Below, one piece after another: positions 10,024-19,444 of a stretch of 32,000 nt of DNA (position 1 is its first letter; each line of letters begins with the position of its first letter). Under the pieces are notes generated by a model. It was not told the origin of the DNA. It worked only from the letters and a program-made list of their open reading frames with translations, and did no database searches. The stretch is from Enterobacterales bacterium. Its GTDB lineage: Bacteria; Pseudomonadota; Gammaproteobacteria; Enterobacterales; Enterobacteriaceae. Made by a program: the position numbers and the translations under genes. The stretch spans positions 139,187 through 171,186 of the forward strand of contig JBISJR010000001.1 of assembly GCA_044442725.1 (NCBI GenBank), written 5' to 3'.

Positions 10024-10088
10024 TTATCAATATAATTTAAATATTAAATTTAAATTTAATATTTAAATTATATTGATAATTAATTATT
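10015..10088. repeat. 74-bp perfect palindrome overlapping the gnd stop codon (terminator-like)
   Basis: I checked every pair by hand from 10051/10052 out to 10015/10088. All 37 pairs are complementary, including C10028/G10075. The first mismatch is G10014/A10089. Confidence 0.9.
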
Positions 10089-10200
10089 AAATAATAAAAA
10101 TTATATTTAATATAATTAAAGTTAATAACTTTAATTTAAAATTAAATAAATATTTAAAATAAAGTTAATATATACTATAATTTATATATAATGGATTAAA

Positions 10201-10527
10201 ATGAATAATAAAATAATAAATTTAACAGATAAAGATTTTGAAGAACAAGTAGTAAATTTAAAAAATAGTATTGTTGTAGATTTTTGGTCTGAATATTGTG
10301 GACCATGTAAAATAATGGAACCTTTATTTAAAAAAGTTGCATATGAACTTAAAAATAAAATAATTTTTGCAAAATTTAATATTGAAGAAAATTTATCTAT
10401 ACCAAAAAAATATGATATACGTAGTATACCTACTATATTAGTATTTAATAATGGAAAATTAAAAGCAACTAAAGTTGGTTTAATGACTCAATTAAAATTA
10501 AAAAATTTTATTATTGAAAATATTTAA
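10201..10527 (+). CDS. trxA: Thioredoxin 1
   Basis: 108 aa with the active site WSEYCGPCK. DIRSIPTILVFNNGK matches E. coli GIRGIPTLLLFKNGE. It lies upstream of rho, as in E. coli. Confidence 0.95.
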   Translation: MNNKIINLTDKDFEEQVVNLKNSIVVDFWSEYCGPCKIMEPLFKKVAYELKNKIIFAKFNIEENLSIPKKYDIRSIPTILVFNNGKLKATKVGLMTQLKLKNFIIENI

Positions 10528-10541
10528 TATAAAAAAAAAAT

Positions 10542-10575
10542 ATTTAAAAAATAAATATATATTTATTTTTTAAAT
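10542..10575 (+). terminator. 34-bp perfect A/T palindrome 15 nt after the trxA stop (putative intrinsic terminator)
   Basis: atttaaaaaataaatat/atatttattttttaaat. All 17 pairs were verified and the first mismatch is at 10541/10576. It is followed by T-rich sequence. Confidence 0.5.
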
Positions 10576-10704
10576 TTATTAATTAAATAAAAATATTAAA
10601 TTTATAAATTAATATTTAAATATTTATTTATATATATTTATATATTAAAAATAATTTTTAATAAATTTTATTTATTTATTTTTTATTAAATTTTAATTCC
10701 AATG

Positions 10705-10745
10705 TTAAATATCAATTTTAATTTTTAATTAAAATTGATATTTAA
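10705..10745 (+). repeat. Hairpin (19-bp stem, 3-nt loop) in the rho leader region
   Basis: ttaaatatcaattttaatt-ttt-aattaaaattgatatttaa, including the C10713/G10737 pair. It ends 56 nt before the rho ATG (10801). Confidence 0.6.
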
Positions 10746-10800
10746 AATAAAAATATAAATATTAGTTAAAAATAAATAAAGATTTTAAGAATTAAATATT

Positions 10801-12060
10801 ATGAATCTAACAGAACTAAAGAATACGCCTGTTTTAGAAAGAGTTTTAATAGGCGAAAATATGGGTTTAGAAAATTTATCAAAAATGAGTAAACAAGATA
10901 TAATATTTTCAATTTTAAAAAAATATTCTAAAAGTGGAGAAGATATATTTGGTGATGGTGTATTAGAAATTTTACAAGATGGTTTTGGATTTTTAAGATC
11001 TAGTGATAGTTCATATCTTGCCGGACCTGATGATATTTATGTTTCCCCTAGTCAAATAAGACGTTTTAATTTAAGAACTGGTGATACAATTTATGGTAAA
11101 ATAAGACCACCTAAAAATGGAGAACGTTATTTTGCTTTATTAAAGATAAATAAGGTTAATTTTGATAAACCTGAAAATTCAAGTAATAAAATTTTATTTG
11201 AAAATTTAACACCTCTTCATGCTAATAATAGATTAAAAATGGAATGTGGAAATGGATCTAAAGAAGATTTAACTGCAAGAGTTTTGGATTTAGCTTCTCC
11301 AATTGGTCTTGGTCAACGTGGTTTGATAGTAGCACCTCCAAAGGCAGGTAAAACAATTCTTTTACAAAAAATAGCACAAAGTATTTCTTATAATCATCCT
11401 GAAAGTATTCTTATTGTTTTATTAATAGATGAAAGACCTGAAGAAGTTACAGAAATGAAAAGATTAGTTAAAGGTGAAGTAATAGCATCAACTTTTGATG
11501 AACCATCATCAAGACATGTTCAAGTTTCTGAAATGGTTATAGAAAAAGCAAAAAGATTAGTAGAACATAATAATAATGTTATTATTTTATTAGATTCAAT
11601 AACTAGATTGGCAAGAGCTTATAATAATATAGTACCAACTTCTGGAAAAGTATTAACAGGTGGAATTGATTCAAACGCTCTTCATAGACCAAAAAGATTT
11701 TTTGGAGCAGCACGTAATATGGAAGAAGGAGGTAGTTTAACTATAATAGCAACAGCTCTTATAGATACTGGATCAAAAATGGATGAAATTATTTATGAAG
11801 AATTTAAAGGAACTGGAAATATGGAATTACATCTTTCACGTAAAATTGCTGAAAAAAGAGTTTTTCCTGCTATTGATTATAATAGATCAGGTACTAGAAA
11901 AGAAGAATTATTAACAACAAAAGAAGAACTTCAAAAAATGTGGATATTAAGAAAAATTATACATCCTATGATGGAAATAGAAGCAATAGAATTTTTAATT
12001 AGTAAATTATCAATGACAAGTAATAATTATGAATTTTTCAATATGATGAAAAGAATTTAA
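10801..12060 (+). CDS. rho: Transcription termination factor Rho
   Basis: 419 aa, very close to E. coli Rho over its whole length. Matches include [58 protein letters not shown] and [17 protein letters not shown]. Confidence 0.98.
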   Translation: MNLTELKNTPVLERVLIGENMGLENLSKMSKQDIIFSILKKYSKSGEDIFGDGVLEILQDGFGFLRSSDSSYLAGPDDIYVSPSQIRRFNLRTGDTIYGKIRPPKNGERYFALLKINKVNFDKPENSSNKILFENLTPLHANNRLKMECGNGSKEDLTARVLDLASPIGLGQRGLIVAPPKAGKTILLQKIAQSISYNHPESILIVLLIDERPEEVTEMKRLVKGEVIASTFDEPSSRHVQVSEMVIEKAKRLVEHNNNVIILLDSITRLARAYNNIVPTSGKVLTGGIDSNALHRPKRFFGAARNMEEGGSLTIIATALIDTGSKMDEIIYEEFKGTGNMELHLSRKIAEKRVFPAIDYNRSGTRKEELLTTKEELQKMWILRKIIHPMMEIEAIEFLISKLSMTSNNYEFFNMMKRI

Positions 12061-12116
12061 ACTTATATAAGTAATATTTAATATTTTATTTATTTTAAAT
12101 AAATGAAATATTTATT

Positions 12117-12213
12117 TCATTCCTGATATTAAATATAAATTTTTATATTTATATTTAAATTAATTATTTAATTAATTAAATTAAAATAATTTAAATTAAA
12201 AATTCAGGAATGA
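12117..12213. repeat. 10-bp G/C-containing inverted repeat (tcattcctga / tcaggaatga) flanking a 77-nt A/T-only insert, between convergent rho and argH
   Basis: Positions 12117-12126 are the exact reverse complement of 12204-12213. A smaller hairpin (aatgaaata..tatttcatt) at 12102-12121 overlaps the left arm. Confidence 0.6.
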
Positions 12214-12286
12214 TACAGTTAAAAAATTAAATATATATTATTTAAAATTAATTTGAATAATATAAATTTAATTTAAAATATTAATA

Positions 12287-13657
12287 TTATAAATATTTTT
12301 TAGCTTCTTTTATTGATTTAACAATTTGATTTATTGAAGAACCTCCTTTAACATCTCTTTTTGATAAACAAGATTCAATAGTAAGTATTTTATAAACATC
12401 GTTTTCTATAACTGAACTATATTTTTTAAATGTATTTAAATTTAAATTTTCTAATGGTATTTTTTTATTTATTGCTTCTAATACTATTTTACCAACAATA
12501 TTATGTGATTTTCTAAATGATATTCCTTTAGAAACTAGATAATCTGCCAATTCTGTAGCATTAGAATATCCTTTTTTAGCAGATTCTTTACAATTCTTTA
12601 TTTTTATTTTTAATCCATCTAATATTAAATTAGACATATTTAAACATTCAATCCAAGTATCTAAAGAATTAAAAATATATTCTTTATCTTCTTGCATATC
12701 TTTATTGTAAGACATAGGCAATCCTTTTAATGTCATCATCATTCCTATTAAATATCCACTAACTTTTCCACATTTTCCTCTTATAAGTTCTAATGCATCT
12801 GGATTCTTTTTTTGTGGCATAAGAGATGATCCTGATGTTACTAAATCTGACAATTCAATAAAATTAGCCTCTACTGAATTAAAAAATATTAAATCTTCAG
12901 AAAATCTAGATAAGTGTATCATTCCAATAGAAGAATTAAAAAGTAATTCTAAAATATAATCTCTATCAGAAACACTATCCATACTATTTCTTGTTGCTTC
13001 ATAAAATCCCATATTTTTAGCTAATTTATCTCTATCTATTTTATATGAAGTTCCTGTAAGGGCAGCACTACCTAAAGGACTAAAATTTATTCTTTTAATA
13101 TAGTCTTTTAGACGAATTTCATCTCTATATAACATTTCATTATAAGCTAAAAACCAATGAGCAAAAGTAGTAGGTTGTGCTATCTGCAAATGTGTATATG
13201 ATGGCATATAAGATTTTATATTATTTTCAGCTTTTTTAATTAATATTTTTCTTACTTTATTAATAGTTTTAATAATTAAATATGTTTTTTCTTTACACCA
13301 AAGTTTAAGATCAGTAGTTACTTGATCATTTCTACTTCTTCCTGTATGTAATTTTTTACCTATATTTCCTATTTTTTCAATTAATCTTTTTTCTATCCAA
13401 CTATGAATATCTTCTTCATTGCTTGAAATTATTTTTTCAGGATTTTCTTTAAATTCTTCTAAAATTTTGTTTAGTGAATTTTTTAAATTTAAATATTCTT
13501 TTTTATTTATAACATTTACATCTAAAAGAGATTTAGACCAAGCAATAGAACATATAATATCATGTTTAATTAATTTAAAATCAAATTTTAATGAATTATT
13601 AAAAATTTTAAATTTTTTATCTGAACTTTCATTAAAACGACCACCCCATAATGACAT
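12287..13657 (-). CDS. argH: Argininosuccinate lyase
   Basis: 456 aa, collinear with E. coli ArgH. Matches include [43 protein letters not shown] and [18 protein letters not shown] Shine-Dalgarno AGGTGA lies upstream of the ATG. Confidence 0.97.
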   Translation of the reverse strand: MSLWGGRFNESSDKKFKIFNNSLKFDFKLIKHDIICSIAWSKSLLDVNVINKKEYLNLKNSLNKILEEFKENPEKIISSNEEDIHSWIEKRLIEKIGNIGKKLHTGRSRNDQVTTDLKLWCKEKTYLIIKTINKVRKILIKKAENNIKSYMPSYTHLQIAQPTTFAHWFLAYNEMLYRDEIRLKDYIKRINFSPLGSAALTGTSYKIDRDKLAKNMGFYEATRNSMDSVSDRDYILELLFNSSIGMIHLSRFSEDLIFFNSVEANFIELSDLVTSGSSLMPQKKNPDALELIRGKCGKVSGYLIGMMMTLKGLPMSYNKDMQEDKEYIFNSLDTWIECLNMSNLILDGLKIKIKNCKESAKKGYSNATELADYLVSKGISFRKSHNIVGKIVLEAINKKIPLENLNLNTFKKYSSVIENDVYKILTIESCLSKRDVKGGSSINQIVKSIKEAKKYL

Positions 13658-13734
13658 ATAAACTCACCTATTTAAATAATTTAAATTAAATTATTAATTA
13701 TAATTAAATAAAACATATATTAATTATAAATATT

Positions 13735-14511
13735 TTATTCAAACAAAATTTTAGTACCATATGATTTTCCTTTAAAAATATTCAATAATTTATCATATCT
13801 ATAAAAACTACAAATTTCGATATTTTTTTTAAGAATTTTTGATGCTTTAATTGCAGATTTAACTTTAACAATCATACCATTATCAATAATTCCTTTAAAT
13901 ATTAATTTTTCTGCTTCTTTGCATGTAATTTTATTAATTCTTTTTCCTTTTCCATCAAATATATAACTAACATCTGAAATAAAAATTAAATCAGCATTTA
14001 AATATTCAGCTATTGAAGTTGCTACTTCATCAGAATTAACATTCATTATATTTCCATAATTATCAATTCCAATAGAATTTATTATTGGTAAATAATTATT
14101 TTCAATTAACATTTTTAATAAATTTGATTTTTTTGTAAAGATATTGCCTACATTACCAATTTTATTATTTTTATAATAAACATTTGATATATCACCATCT
14201 CCAATACATAAACCCAAAGATTTATAAATTTTAAATTTTTTTGCCCAAGATAATAAAATTTTATTTACAGTTTCAACAGCAGCTGTAACGATTGTAATTT
14301 GATCTTTTGGTGTTATTCTTAAACCATTTATTTTTTTAATTGGAATATAAAGTTTTTTCATTAAATTATCTATTAAAAATCCACCACCATGTATTAAAAT
14401 CAAAGGTCTTTTATTATTATAAATATTTTTGCTTATTGCATTAAATAAATTATCTAAAGATTTTTTGCTATCTAGAAGTACACCACCTATTTTTATTATT
14501 AATGGATTCAT
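13735..14511 (-). CDS. argB: Acetylglutamate kinase
   Basis: 258 aa. MNPLIIKIGGVLLDS, LILIHGGG, GLRITP, MNVNSDEVAT and GMIVKV match E. coli ArgB. It lies directly upstream of argH. Confidence 0.95.
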   Translation of the reverse strand: MNPLIIKIGGVLLDSKKSLDNLFNAISKNIYNNKRPLILIHGGGFLIDNLMKKLYIPIKKINGLRITPKDQITIVTAAVETVNKILLSWAKKFKIYKSLGLCIGDGDISNVYYKNNKIGNVGNIFTKKSNLLKMLIENNYLPIINSIGIDNYGNIMNVNSDEVATSIAEYLNADLIFISDVSYIFDGKGKRINKITCKEAEKLIFKGIIDNGMIVKVKSAIKASKILKKNIEICSFYRYDKLLNIFKGKSYGTKILFE

Positions 14512-15134
14512 TTTATTTTATTATCACAATATATATTTAATTTTTTAAATTATTTAAATTAAAATAATTTATATTATTTTGATAAATCAATTTTTAAATT
14601 AATTAAATTAATATTTTAAATATTTTAAATATATTAATTTTAATTATAAACTTAAATTTATAGTTATTATAAATTAATAATATATCTATAATTTAACTAA
14701 ATTAAATTTTTTATAAATAATAATAAATATATTAAATAAAATTTAATATCTTGTAAGAAATAAAATTTATTTTAAAAAATTTAATATTTAAATTAAATAT
14801 TAAATTTTTAAAATTTATAATTTTATTATAATTAAATTATTATTTTAATATAAATATTAAATGATATTTAATATTTTAAATATACAATTTTTAAAATTAA
14901 AGTTTTTTTTTATTTATAAAATAAATAGATTATTAAAAAATAATAAATTTAAATATTTATTTAAAAATTAAATAATTAAATATTAATTAATAATATTTAA
15001 TTATATTATATAATATATATATTTTTATTTATAAATAAATATAAATTTAATTATATTTATATTATTTATTTTAAATTTTAAATTTAATTATTATTTTAAT
15101 ATATAAATATTAATTTTTTAAATTAATATTTATA

Positions 15135-17624
15135 TTAAATATGAAAATTACTTATTATACTGATTACTTCATATTTTAATGATTCTATCATATACTTAAA
15201 CATTATAAAAGATTCTTTTTTATATTCTTGTTTTGGATTTTTTTGAGCATATATACGAAGATTTATACCTTGTTTTAAATAATCAACAGAGTATAGATAC
15301 TCTTTCCAAAATTCATCAATTGAATTTAACAATACATTTTTTTCAAAAATTTTTATTTTTTTATTACCAATTAGTTTATTTAATTTATTATAATTATGAA
15401 TTAATTTATAAATTATTTTTTTTTTTAAATTTTCTTTTTCAACATTTTTAATATTGTAAATTTTTAGTTCATTTAAATTTAGTTTAATATTAAAATCATT
15501 TTTTAAACAATTTAAAAATTTATTTTTATTTAAAAAACTATTAAATTTACAATTAATAATGTATTTATTAATTAATTTGCTAACTACATCCAATCTAATA
15601 TGTTTAATAACATTACTTATATCTTTAGATTCAAGAAATTTTTTTCTTTCATTATATATTAATAATCTTTGATAATTAATTATATCATCATAATCTAAAA
15701 GATTTTTTCTTATATTAAAATTTCTATTTTCTATTTTACTTTGAGAATTTTTAATAAATTTATTAATAAAAGGATGTTCTATTAATTTTCCTAATTTTAT
15801 ATTTAATTTTTTAATAATTTTATAAATATTTTTAGAAGCAAAAATTCTTATTAATGAATCTTCCATTGATAAATAAAAACGAGATGATCCATAATCACCT
15901 TGTCTACCAGATCTTCCTCTTAACTGATTATCTATTCTACGAGATTCATGATGTTCAGTTCCTATTACATGCAAACCACCAGATTTTAAAACTAAATTAT
16001 TTCTAAACTTCCATTTTTTTTTTAAAAAAATATTTTTTATTTTATTATTTTTATTTAATATTAAATTTGTTTCATTTATACCTCCTAGTAAAATATCAGT
16101 ACCTCTTCCAGCCATATTAGTAGCTATTGTTACTGATCCAGGCATTCCAGCTTTAGATATTATTTCTGCTTCTTTAGAATGAAATTTTGCATTTAATATT
16201 TTATGTTTTATACCAATTTTTTTAAGTTCATTTGAAATTAATTCTGATTTTTCAATAGAAATTGTTCCTACTAATACTGGTTGTTTTCTTTTTTTGCAAG
16301 ATTTTATATCATTAATAATTGCTTTAATTTTTTCCTTTTCTGTTAAAAAAAATAAATCTAGAAAATCTTTACGTATTATTGGTTTATTTGTTGGAATAAC
16401 AATAGTATTTAATTTATAAATATTTTTAAATTCAAATGATTCTGTTTTAGCTGTTCCTGTCATTCCAGATAATTTTTTATATAAACGAAAATAATTTTGA
16501 AAAGTAATTGAAGATAAATTTTTATTTTCTTTTTGTATATTAACTTTTTCTTTTGCTTCTATTGCTTGATGTAAACCATTAGACCATCTTTGATCATTCA
16601 TAATTCTTCCAGTATTTTCATTAATTATTACAATTTTACCTTTTTTAATTATGTAATCTATATTTTTATTAAATAAAATATGAGCTCTTAAAGATGATAT
16701 AATATGATTTATTAAATAAATATTTGAATTAGAATATAAAAATTCTTTTTTTTTAATTATTTTTTTTTTAACTAAAATATTTTCAATTAAAATTAATCCT
16801 TTTTCATTTAAAATTACTTGTTTTAATTTTTCGTCTACATTATAATAATTTTTATTATTATTTAATTCTTTTTTACTCTCTTTAATAATATTGTTAATAA
16901 TTTTATCAATTATTATATATATATCAGATCTATCTTCTTCATTACCTGATATTACAAGTGGTATTCTTGATTCATCTATTAAAATAGAATCAATTTCATC
17001 TAATAATGCAAAATTTAATTTTCTTTGAACTCTATCTTCTTTTTTGAATACCATATTATCTTTAAGATAATCAAAACCATATTCATTATTTGTACCATAT
17101 GTAATATCAGCAGAATAAGCTAAACGTTTTTCATTTAATGTCATTCCATTTAAATTATTTTTTACAGTTAAATTTAAAAATTCAAATAATTTTTTATTTT
17201 TTTCTGAATCACGACGTGCCAAATAATCATTTACTGTTACTATATGAACTCCTTTTCCTTTTAAAGCATTAAGATAAGCTGGTAAAGTAGCTGTTAAAGT
17301 TTTACCTTCTCCAGTATACATTTCTGCTATACAATTTTTGTTAAGAACTATACCTCCTATTAATTGCACATCAAAATGACGCATGTTAAGTAATCTTTTA
17401 CTAGCTTCTCTTACAACTGCAAAAGCTTCAGGTAATATTTCATCTAAACTTTCACCATTTTTAATTCTATTTTTAAATTCTTTTGTTTTATATGAAAGAT
17501 TTGAATTACTTAAAATTTTTATTTTATTTTCTAAATTATTAATTGATAAAACTATTTTTTTAACATTTTTAATAAATCTATCATTATAACTACCAAAAAT
17601 TTTATTAATTATTTTTTTAAACAT
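15135..17624 (-). CDS. secA: Preprotein translocase ATPase SecA (lacks the C-terminal tail)
   Basis: 829 aa. Matches include KIFGSYNDR, EMYTGEGKTLTATLPAYLNAL, LDEIDSILIDESRIPLVISG, MAGRGTDI and GLHVIGTEHHESRRIDNQLRGRSGRQGD. It ends ...SLKYEVISIISNFHI*. Confidence 0.97.
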   Translation of the reverse strand: MFKKIINKIFGSYNDRFIKNVKKIVLSINNLENKIKILSNSNLSYKTKEFKNRIKNGESLDEILPEAFAVVREASKRLLNMRHFDVQLIGGIVLNKNCIAEMYTGEGKTLTATLPAYLNALKGKGVHIVTVNDYLARRDSEKNKKLFEFLNLTVKNNLNGMTLNEKRLAYSADITYGTNNEYGFDYLKDNMVFKKEDRVQRKLNFALLDEIDSILIDESRIPLVISGNEEDRSDIYIIIDKIINNIIKESKKELNNNKNYYNVDEKLKQVILNEKGLILIENILVKKKIIKKKEFLYSNSNIYLINHIISSLRAHILFNKNIDYIIKKGKIVIINENTGRIMNDQRWSNGLHQAIEAKEKVNIQKENKNLSSITFQNYFRLYKKLSGMTGTAKTESFEFKNIYKLNTIVIPTNKPIIRKDFLDLFFLTEKEKIKAIINDIKSCKKRKQPVLVGTISIEKSELISNELKKIGIKHKILNAKFHSKEAEIISKAGMPGSVTIATNMAGRGTDILLGGINETNLILNKNNKIKNIFLKKKWKFRNNLVLKSGGLHVIGTEHHESRRIDNQLRGRSGRQGDYGSSRFYLSMEDSLIRIFASKNIYKIIKKLNIKLGKLIEHPFINKFIKNSQSKIENRNFNIRKNLLDYDDIINYQRLLIYNERKKFLESKDISNVIKHIRLDVVSKLINKYIINCKFNSFLNKNKFLNCLKNDFNIKLNLNELKIYNIKNVEKENLKKKIIYKLIHNYNKLNKLIGNKKIKIFEKNVLLNSIDEFWKEYLYSVDYLKQGINLRIYAQKNPKQEYKKESFIMFKYMIESLKYEVISIISNFHI

Positions 17625-17681
17625 AGAATTAAAATTCTCTTAAAATAATTTTTATTAAATATAAAATAATTTATTTAAATA

Positions 17682-17750
17682 TTATAAATTATAATAAATT
17701 ATTATAATTAAAATAATATTTTAATTATAATAATTTATTATAATTTATAA
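17682..17750. repeat. 69-bp perfect A/T palindrome in the spacer upstream of secA
   Basis: The centre is A17716. All 34 pairs were verified from 17715/17717 out to 17682/17750, with the mismatch at 17681/17751. Confidence 0.9.
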
Positions 17751-17766
17751 AAATTACTTTAAAAAT

Positions 17767-18093
17767 ATGAAAAAAAAACCTATTTTAATTAATAAATTTT
17801 TATTTAATTATAAAAATAAAAAAATAATTTATTTAAATAAATTTATAAAACAGTCTTTAATCATATTTAAAATTAATTTTATTTTTAAAAATAATTTACC
17901 TGTTTATATTCATAAATTATTTAAAGTTTTAAATATCTATAAAGGAATTATTATAATAGAAATTTTTAACTACAAATGCAGAACTATAATTTTAAAAAAA
18001 CAATCTATATTGTTATCTATATTAAAATATAATATAGAAAAAAATATTTTTTATATTAAAATTAAAACAAATTTTAATTTAATTAAAAAATAA
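17767..18093 (+). CDS. Hypothetical 108-aa protein (orphan ORF; function unknown)
   Basis: This is the only long stop-free frame inside an otherwise non-coding spacer, on the strand opposite both neighbours. It has no obvious Shine-Dalgarno sequence. Its K/I/N/F/L-rich composition is typical of AT-driven sequence. I recognise no family with confidence. Confidence 0.4.
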   Translation: MKKKPILINKFLFNYKNKKIIYLNKFIKQSLIIFKINFIFKNNLPVYIHKLFKVLNIYKGIIIIEIFNYKCRTIILKKQSILLSILKYNIEKNIFYIKIKTNFNLIKK

Positions 18094-18222
18094 TAAATAA
18101 AATAATAAATTATAAATATATTATTAATATAATAAATATTTAAAAAAAAATAATTTTAAATTTTAATTAAAAATAATATTAAATATTTTTAATAATTAAA
18201 TTTTTAAAATAAATTAATAATA

Positions 18223-19164
18223 TTATATTTTTTCAACAACTCTTAAAATTGAACTTCTACATCTTGAATTTTTTAAAATTTCTTTTTTAGAAGGTTTAAT
18301 TTTTGATATTTTTTTTAATTTTATTTTATTATTTTTTTTTATTTTTACTTTATTTTTATTTTTTATAATTAAATATTTATTATTATTTTTTTTTGAAAAT
18401 TTATTAATAAAATTTTTTATTAATCTATGCTCTATAGAATGGAAACTTATTATTGATAATCTACCTCCTGTATCTAAAATTTTTATTATTTTATTAAGAG
18501 ATTTAGATATTTCTTCTATCTCATTATTAATGTGAATTCTTATAGCTTGAAAACTTTTAGTTGATGGATTTATAAATCTATTTTTAAAAATAATAGCTTT
18601 AGAAATTATTTTTGATAATTCTATTGTATCTTTTAATGGTTTTATTTTTTTTTTATACATAATATATTTTGATATTTTTTTATAAAATTTTTCTTCTCCA
18701 TATGTTTTAAGAACATATTCAATATCTTTTATTTTAGTTTTTAATAACCATTCATATGCTGATTGACCACAAGTATTATTCATTCTCATATCTAAAGGTC
18801 CTTTATTCATAAAAGAAAATCCACGTTTTGGATTATCTAATTGTGCAGATGACATACCCAAATCAAATAATATACCATTTATTTTACCAATTAGATTTAA
18901 TTTAGATATAAAATAATATATTTTAGAAAAATTTCCATGTATTATTTTAAATCTTTTATCTTTTATTAATAAAGCCTCTTTTATTGAATATGGATCCCTA
19001 TCAATAGATAAAAGACTTCCATATTTATTTAATTTTGATAAAATCATACGAGAATGACCACCATTACCAAATGTACTATCTATATAAATTCCATTTGGTT
19101 TTATTTTTAAACTTTTAATTGATTCTTTTAATAAAACACTTTTATGTAAATATTTTTTATACAT
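18223..19164 (-). CDS. rsmH: 16S rRNA (cytosine1402-N4)-methyltransferase RsmH (MraW)
   Basis: 313 aa. HKSVLLKE, GIYIDSTFGNGGHSR, DRDP, GILFDLGMSSAQLD, RGFSFM..GPLDMRM, GGRLSIISFHSIE and RCRSSILRV match E. coli RsmH. Confidence 0.95.
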   Translation of the reverse strand: MYKKYLHKSVLLKESIKSLKIKPNGIYIDSTFGNGGHSRMILSKLNKYGSLLSIDRDPYSIKEALLIKDKRFKIIHGNFSKIYYFISKLNLIGKINGILFDLGMSSAQLDNPKRGFSFMNKGPLDMRMNNTCGQSAYEWLLKTKIKDIEYVLKTYGEEKFYKKISKYIMYKKKIKPLKDTIELSKIISKAIIFKNRFINPSTKSFQAIRIHINNEIEEISKSLNKIIKILDTGGRLSIISFHSIEHRLIKNFINKFSKKNNNKYLIIKNKNKVKIKKNNKIKLKKISKIKPSKKEILKNSRCRSSILRVVEKI

Positions 19165-19444
19165 ATTTTAAAAAAAATATTTTATATTAATAATTAATAT
19201 TGTTTTAATAAATTAATAAAATTATTTATTTTAATTATTTAAAATAAATAATTTCAATATTAAAAATAAATTATTTGTATTTAAAATAATAAATTAACTT
19301 TAATATTAAATATATATAATTTATTATTTTTTTTTAAAAAATAAATATTTTAAATTAGTATTTAATTAATTAAATATTAATAATAATAATATTATTATAT
19401 TTAAAAATATATTAAAAAATATTATTAATGTTTTATTAAAAATA

